Origin: Nemertoderma westbladi
Lineage: Eukaryota; Animalia; Xenacoelomorpha
Reading direction: 5' to 3'
Assembly (NCBI GenBank): GCA_032718475.1
Contig: JAUCBJ010006961.1
Coordinates: 1 to 55,235 of the forward strand
DNA length: 55,235 bases
Positions 50,812 through 55,235 of the stretch are shown here, piece after piece (the stretch's first letter is position 1; the number at the start of each line of letters is the position of its first letter). The translations under genes and the position numbers were made by a program. Below the pieces are notes generated by a model, which was not told the DNA's origin, did no database searches, and saw nothing but the letters and a program-made list of their open reading frames with translations.

Positions 50812-53049
50812 AATCAAATACCAAAAATATATTTATTATATGAACAATCTATTTGGAAATTGTAAGTTCGGCCTATCTCTTTACCATAAGCTCAGTATCT
50901 TTATCTGGTGTGTTTTTATTATTTTACCAATTATTTAATATGTTTGATAGAATTGAACAACACCGTCCAACACAACCAACTCTCTATCCGCCTCGAGCAT
51001 CGAGAATACGAGAAACTCGATCGAAATACCTGCTTATCCCAGTAGTATCCGTCCGTAGTCACCGGACCGCTGCGGTTTACTCCCGTAGAACAGTAGAATT
51101 CCCGCAGCTTCCGACCCAATTCGACAACGAATTCGCTTCACACTTTCGCGTCACAGAGAACGTAATCCAGTGCGATAACGTCTGCCCAACGTTCAACCAT
51201 TTCCCCCAGCGATCCCAGGATCCGGGCCGCCGCTAAACCCAGATCGCAATCCTCGTCGATTCGTCCAGTCGTCGACGTAAGTCAGTAAGTGGGACTCTTC
51301 CCACCGCACTCCAAGGTGGGTGACCGGAGTGAGGCATGAGGAACTTGGCAGTGGCCCGCATTACGATCTGACCGACCGCCGTATTCCCAGTGTCTGAGTG
51401 TAGTAAATACCCAAATAGAATCGTACTGACAAACAAGCAATTCCGTAGTATTCCCCCGTTAATCACCTCTTGAAGCAACTCGGCTGCTCGGGTCCAGATA
51501 CATCGCAGCATCGGACTGTCGGGAGCGTTTCAGACAGTAATGGAGCGGCATTTGCGAATATTTCCAATGGTTTTATAATAAATAAGGGGATTCAACAGTT
51601 CAATGCTAAAACAAATGGATTATTCCTAACCCCACCCCAATACAGCAATATACCTAACAGTATATAGCTTAGGTACCACAGTCTGACAGTACCATAATCA
51701 GCACAGTCAGCCTACGCTAACTGGCTAATTTCACAGCAAAGTCCTTGTCATGGCCTGTGTGTAGTAGCCATGGGTGGTACCTATGGTGCGCACTACAACG
51801 GCAGTACAGCAATACGGTGTACCGTGCCAATGACTGAATGATTAGCGGTAACTATCTAAACTATTAGGCCTATATTACAGTATTATTATTACCGGTGCCG
51901 GTACTGGGCTAATTACTGAATTAGGCCTAAACTATAATCACCGCAAGGGTTGCATGATATGGCATGTCTGTAGTGTATGGTACCGGTTGACCAGTATTGC
52001 AGTATTGACTGATTGCAGGATTCTCGATTCAGGGATTGAGTACAGCCTGACAGTACCGGTACACATGGTACATGCAGAATTGCAAAATTTGTTAGAAACA
52101 CAGCTGATTTATCCTACAGTAATAATAATTTAACGCATTTTAAATTTGGATAAATAAATTTATTATAACTGCAATAACAGTTACACTGATGCTGCACGAA
52201 GGCCCCACGCAAATTCTACTTGGAAAATTTTCAAACTTTTGCCAAACAACATGTGTACCAAGTTTGGATAGATTTCATCAAGGATTGGCCGAGTTATTAA
52301 CGTTTAAAATAAAATACTGAAAAAAACGCGACAGAACGACAGAACGACAGGTTGATTAATGGTACCACTACGCTAAGGCTCACTCACTTCGTGGCTCGCC
52401 CCACAGAAGCGAGTGGGCCATTAAACACAGACAGCTTGTTGTATGACTGCTACACAGTGCACAGTGGGTGGTTACGCGAGTTTGAGTTGGGTTTGAGTAA
52501 ACCAGACAGGTTTGAGTTAGTAAGAGTGAGGTAAGAGAAAAGGTACCCAGTTTGAGAAACGGTATCTACAGTAGAATGAGATAGGGACTGTACTGAGCAC
52601 ACCATTGGTGTATTAAAGGAGAAATTGTAATACTTAAAGAGTATTTTTATTTATATTTTTATTACTGAACTCTTGTTATGAGTCTCAAAATTAAATTTTT
52701 TCAAAAAAATACTACCACTACTTCCCTTATAAAAAATATCATTAGCACATAATTATTATTTGCGATATAAAAACCATTAGCTAACACATAAGTACTGTCT
52801 GTAGTAATAATACTACAGTAGCTATTACTGTATAACAATAATAATAGCTGATATTGTAGAGTATAAGCTACAGTAGACTACAGAACTCTACAGGTAGAGC
52901 CTACAGTAGGCCCTACCTATCATTCATGTTATATTCATGTTAAAGTGAGTTTTATTTAAAAATTTCGCGGTGGGGTCATATTCAGCAAAAATGTATCTTT
53001 TATGGTACCGGTAGCAGTAGGCTAATGGTAACAGCTAAAACGATGATTT

Positions 53050-53293
53050 GAGATACCGTTACCTTGAAATTTGAAGGTACCTCCGTGGATACCTTGAAAT
53101 TTATCTCGAACCTTGACTTCAACTCAAGTCAAGATTTTTTGTGTTACCGGATTGAAATTTCAAGTTTACCTTGAGGAAAATCTTAAGTCTACCTTAAGGT
53201 TGACCTTGAAATTTTTCAGATAGGAATAATAGTAAAATAGATTCGAGGTTAAGTTTCAAGGTCAATCTCAACATTTTTTGAGTTACTCGGCCC
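53050..53293 (-). repeat. DNA-transposon-like terminus, inverted partner of 22867-23035
   Basis: 40-nt TIR match plus repeated ACCTTGAAAT motifs. Confidence 0.75.
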
Positions 53294-53469
53294 AGAAATT
53301 TGAACTGGTAAAAAAATAAGGAAAATAATTTTCAAAAATGGTAGGAGCTGGCAGTACCTACTGTATCTAGGGTAATACGATTACGCTGGTGTGGTGAGTA
53401 ACCAGTATGCCTACTATCATTAAGCTGGATACACCAAGGGTAACTTCAACAACATTCCTTGGAATGCAC

Positions 53470-53620
53470 CCACCTCAGACAGTACCTGTTCCAAAACTGG
53501 CACTGTTTGCTGCCAACTCGGTGCTAGGGCTTCAATCTATCTCGCCAATGCCATCCTGGAAATGAAAAACATACACTATTGGACTGATTCTGCCATCGTC
53601 CTAGGTCAGACCCGAAAACA
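53470..53620 (+). pseudogene. BEL/Pao RNase H fragment
   Basis: Hand translation gives TVPVPKLALFAA, then after a frameshift LGARASIYLANAILEMKNIHYWTDSAIVLG (PRLEL and WTDS motifs). Confidence 0.7.
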
Positions 53621-53954
53621 ATTATTTCGTTACATATAGTATATAACGTTGTATGTTCTTCTTCCTCTCATAATAAAATATCTATGAAATATCTCTGATC
53701 GCTGTGCCCTGTAACATGTCACAACCAAAATATTCAAGTGTGAAAAGTGTAGGCCTACCACACACCGCCCAAACAACCGCAAACGCATAGCCAACAAATT
53801 TAACAAAGGGTTACATACATGTTGGATTCATGACGAGATGAGTGAAAATTGATCGCGTAATATAAACTAAAAAATTGAGAGTCGGGCTGGCTCTCCTCCA
53901 CTTTCTTACCCAATGGAAATGTTGTTGTTATAATCTAATATTGGGGCGGCTTTC

Positions 53955-54795
53955 TCTCGTTGGGTGAATCTGTTAATTGTTTGGGAGTAATCGATGCACA
54001 TTCGCTTTTTACCGTCGGTTTTGGTGTCGATAACTATCTGTGAACGCCAAGGTGAAATACTTGTTTCAATGATATTCTCAGACAACAGGCGTTCAATTTC
54101 TGATTGAATGTAATCCTGGTCTAGCTGAGAAAATCTTCTGGATTTTGTCGCAATGGGTTTACAGTCTGGAGTAAGGAATGAAAACAATGTAGGCGGGGTA
54201 AGTGTGGAAGGCGAAACACCACAAATATTTAGAGTTGGTTGTTCAGGTTCACCTCCAAACTGTATTTCAACAGCATGATGTTGTTTTAAGAAATCTTTTC
54301 CAAGTATCACAATTATCACATCCTCACATAAGTTTGGAAGAACGAGTAGGCAGACTTTCTTGTAATGCCTGTTTGATAAAGAAATATCTTATATACAACA
54401 GCCACTAATCGAAGACATGGACGAGTCCGCCATCTTTACTGTACCAGTTGAGGGGAAGACGGTTACGTTTTGGCTTCTGAGTAATTTTTCGCCAATATAC
54501 ATACTGTATATACACTTCCAGTATCTATCAAACCATTAAATTGTTTGTCTTTTATTAGAACTGATATCACAGTTTTATCAGGCCTATGACAAATCTGCTT
54601 AGTACCAGTAGTGGCTAGATATCCAAGATTATTAGTACTACTGTAGTAGAGACGGCCGCATCGAACATCGTAGCTGTTGTTGACGACGAGGAAAATTTTG
54701 CGCTCTGACAAACTTTAGCAAAATGGCCTCGTTTTCCACACTTACTACAATAAGTTACCTCGCAAGCTGGACAGTTTATCCGTGAGTGTCGATTG
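53955..54795 (-). pseudogene. Ty3/Gypsy gag-protease-RT fragment (Mag-like double knuckle)
   Basis: HSRINCPA...CSKCGKRGHFAKVC; LIDTGS; ILGKDFL; SPWRSQIV...KKRMCIDYSQTINRFT. Confidence 0.85.
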
Positions 54796-54796
54796 A

Positions 54797-54981
54797 GGGA
54801 CCTAGCATCTTACCTAGCACCTTACCTGCATTCTTGGCCGCTGTAGTCTGTTTGAGTCGGGACTCTTTCTGCGCCTTATAGAGGTTATTTCGGCACTTCT
54901 GAATTTTGTGGTCAGTCCAGGGGGCCTTTTTCCTGTTTCGAGGGTATACAGGAACTGTTTCTGCAGCTGCTAACTTAACTG
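54797..54981 (-). mobile_element. RTE internal fragment
   Basis: Reverse complement of about 5105-5281. Confidence 0.85.
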
Positions 54982-55235
54982 ATTCTGAAATGTAGAGCGC
55001 GCCACTTCACTGATTCTGTGAACCATTCTGTGGACCAGTTACTTACTACCGAGTAGACCTGAGGGGTGAGTTCACAAGGGGGGGGGGGGGGGGGGGGGGG
55101 GGGTGTGTAAGACAGATCTTGCTAAACGGTTTTCAAATTTGGAACCTTGATACTAATCTGCTCTAGATTAAATATAAAAAAATGTAAATGTTTTGTAAAA
55201 AAAAAATTAAAAATTTGAATGCTTGCCCCCCCCCC

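Noticed and set aside
52185-52420. Helentron/DINE-like non-autonomous element
   Set aside because: The short GACAGAAC repeat and terminal hairpin are suggestive, but the ends could not be defined.

Overview
AT-rich eukaryotic DNA, most likely from an invertebrate animal, made almost entirely of nested transposable elements plus one clear host gene. From left to right: (1) part of an inverted LTR related to the large element downstream (1-535); (2) minisatellites and a cluster of RTE-clade LINE pieces (2-8.4 kb); (3) foldback/MITE elements, and a small inverted-repeat unit carrying a 40-nt 28S rRNA fragment (the R2/I-PpoI site); (4) inserted in that unit, a structurally complete Ngaro-type tyrosine-recombinase retrotransposon (13528-20879, split direct repeats A-B-A-B); (5) a secreted fibrinogen-domain gene with an uninterrupted CDS (21496-22749, minus); (6) a 22.8-kb BEL/Pao LTR retrotransposon (23053-45835, TSD CGAAG), with a second gag-only BEL/Pao element inserted in its gag (27950-35000, minus, TSD GCAGA); (7) CR1/L2-group LINE, Gypsy, BEL and RTE fragments at the right end. 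The most striking observation concerns both BEL elements. Neither has a tRNA primer-binding site. Each instead has, flush against the 5' LTR, a sequence perfectly complementary to a segment inside its own LTR (11 nt and 9 nt), which suggests Tf1-like self-priming in a BEL/Pao lineage. All calls were made by eye; no database searches or alignments were run, and boundaries of degenerate elements are approximate.
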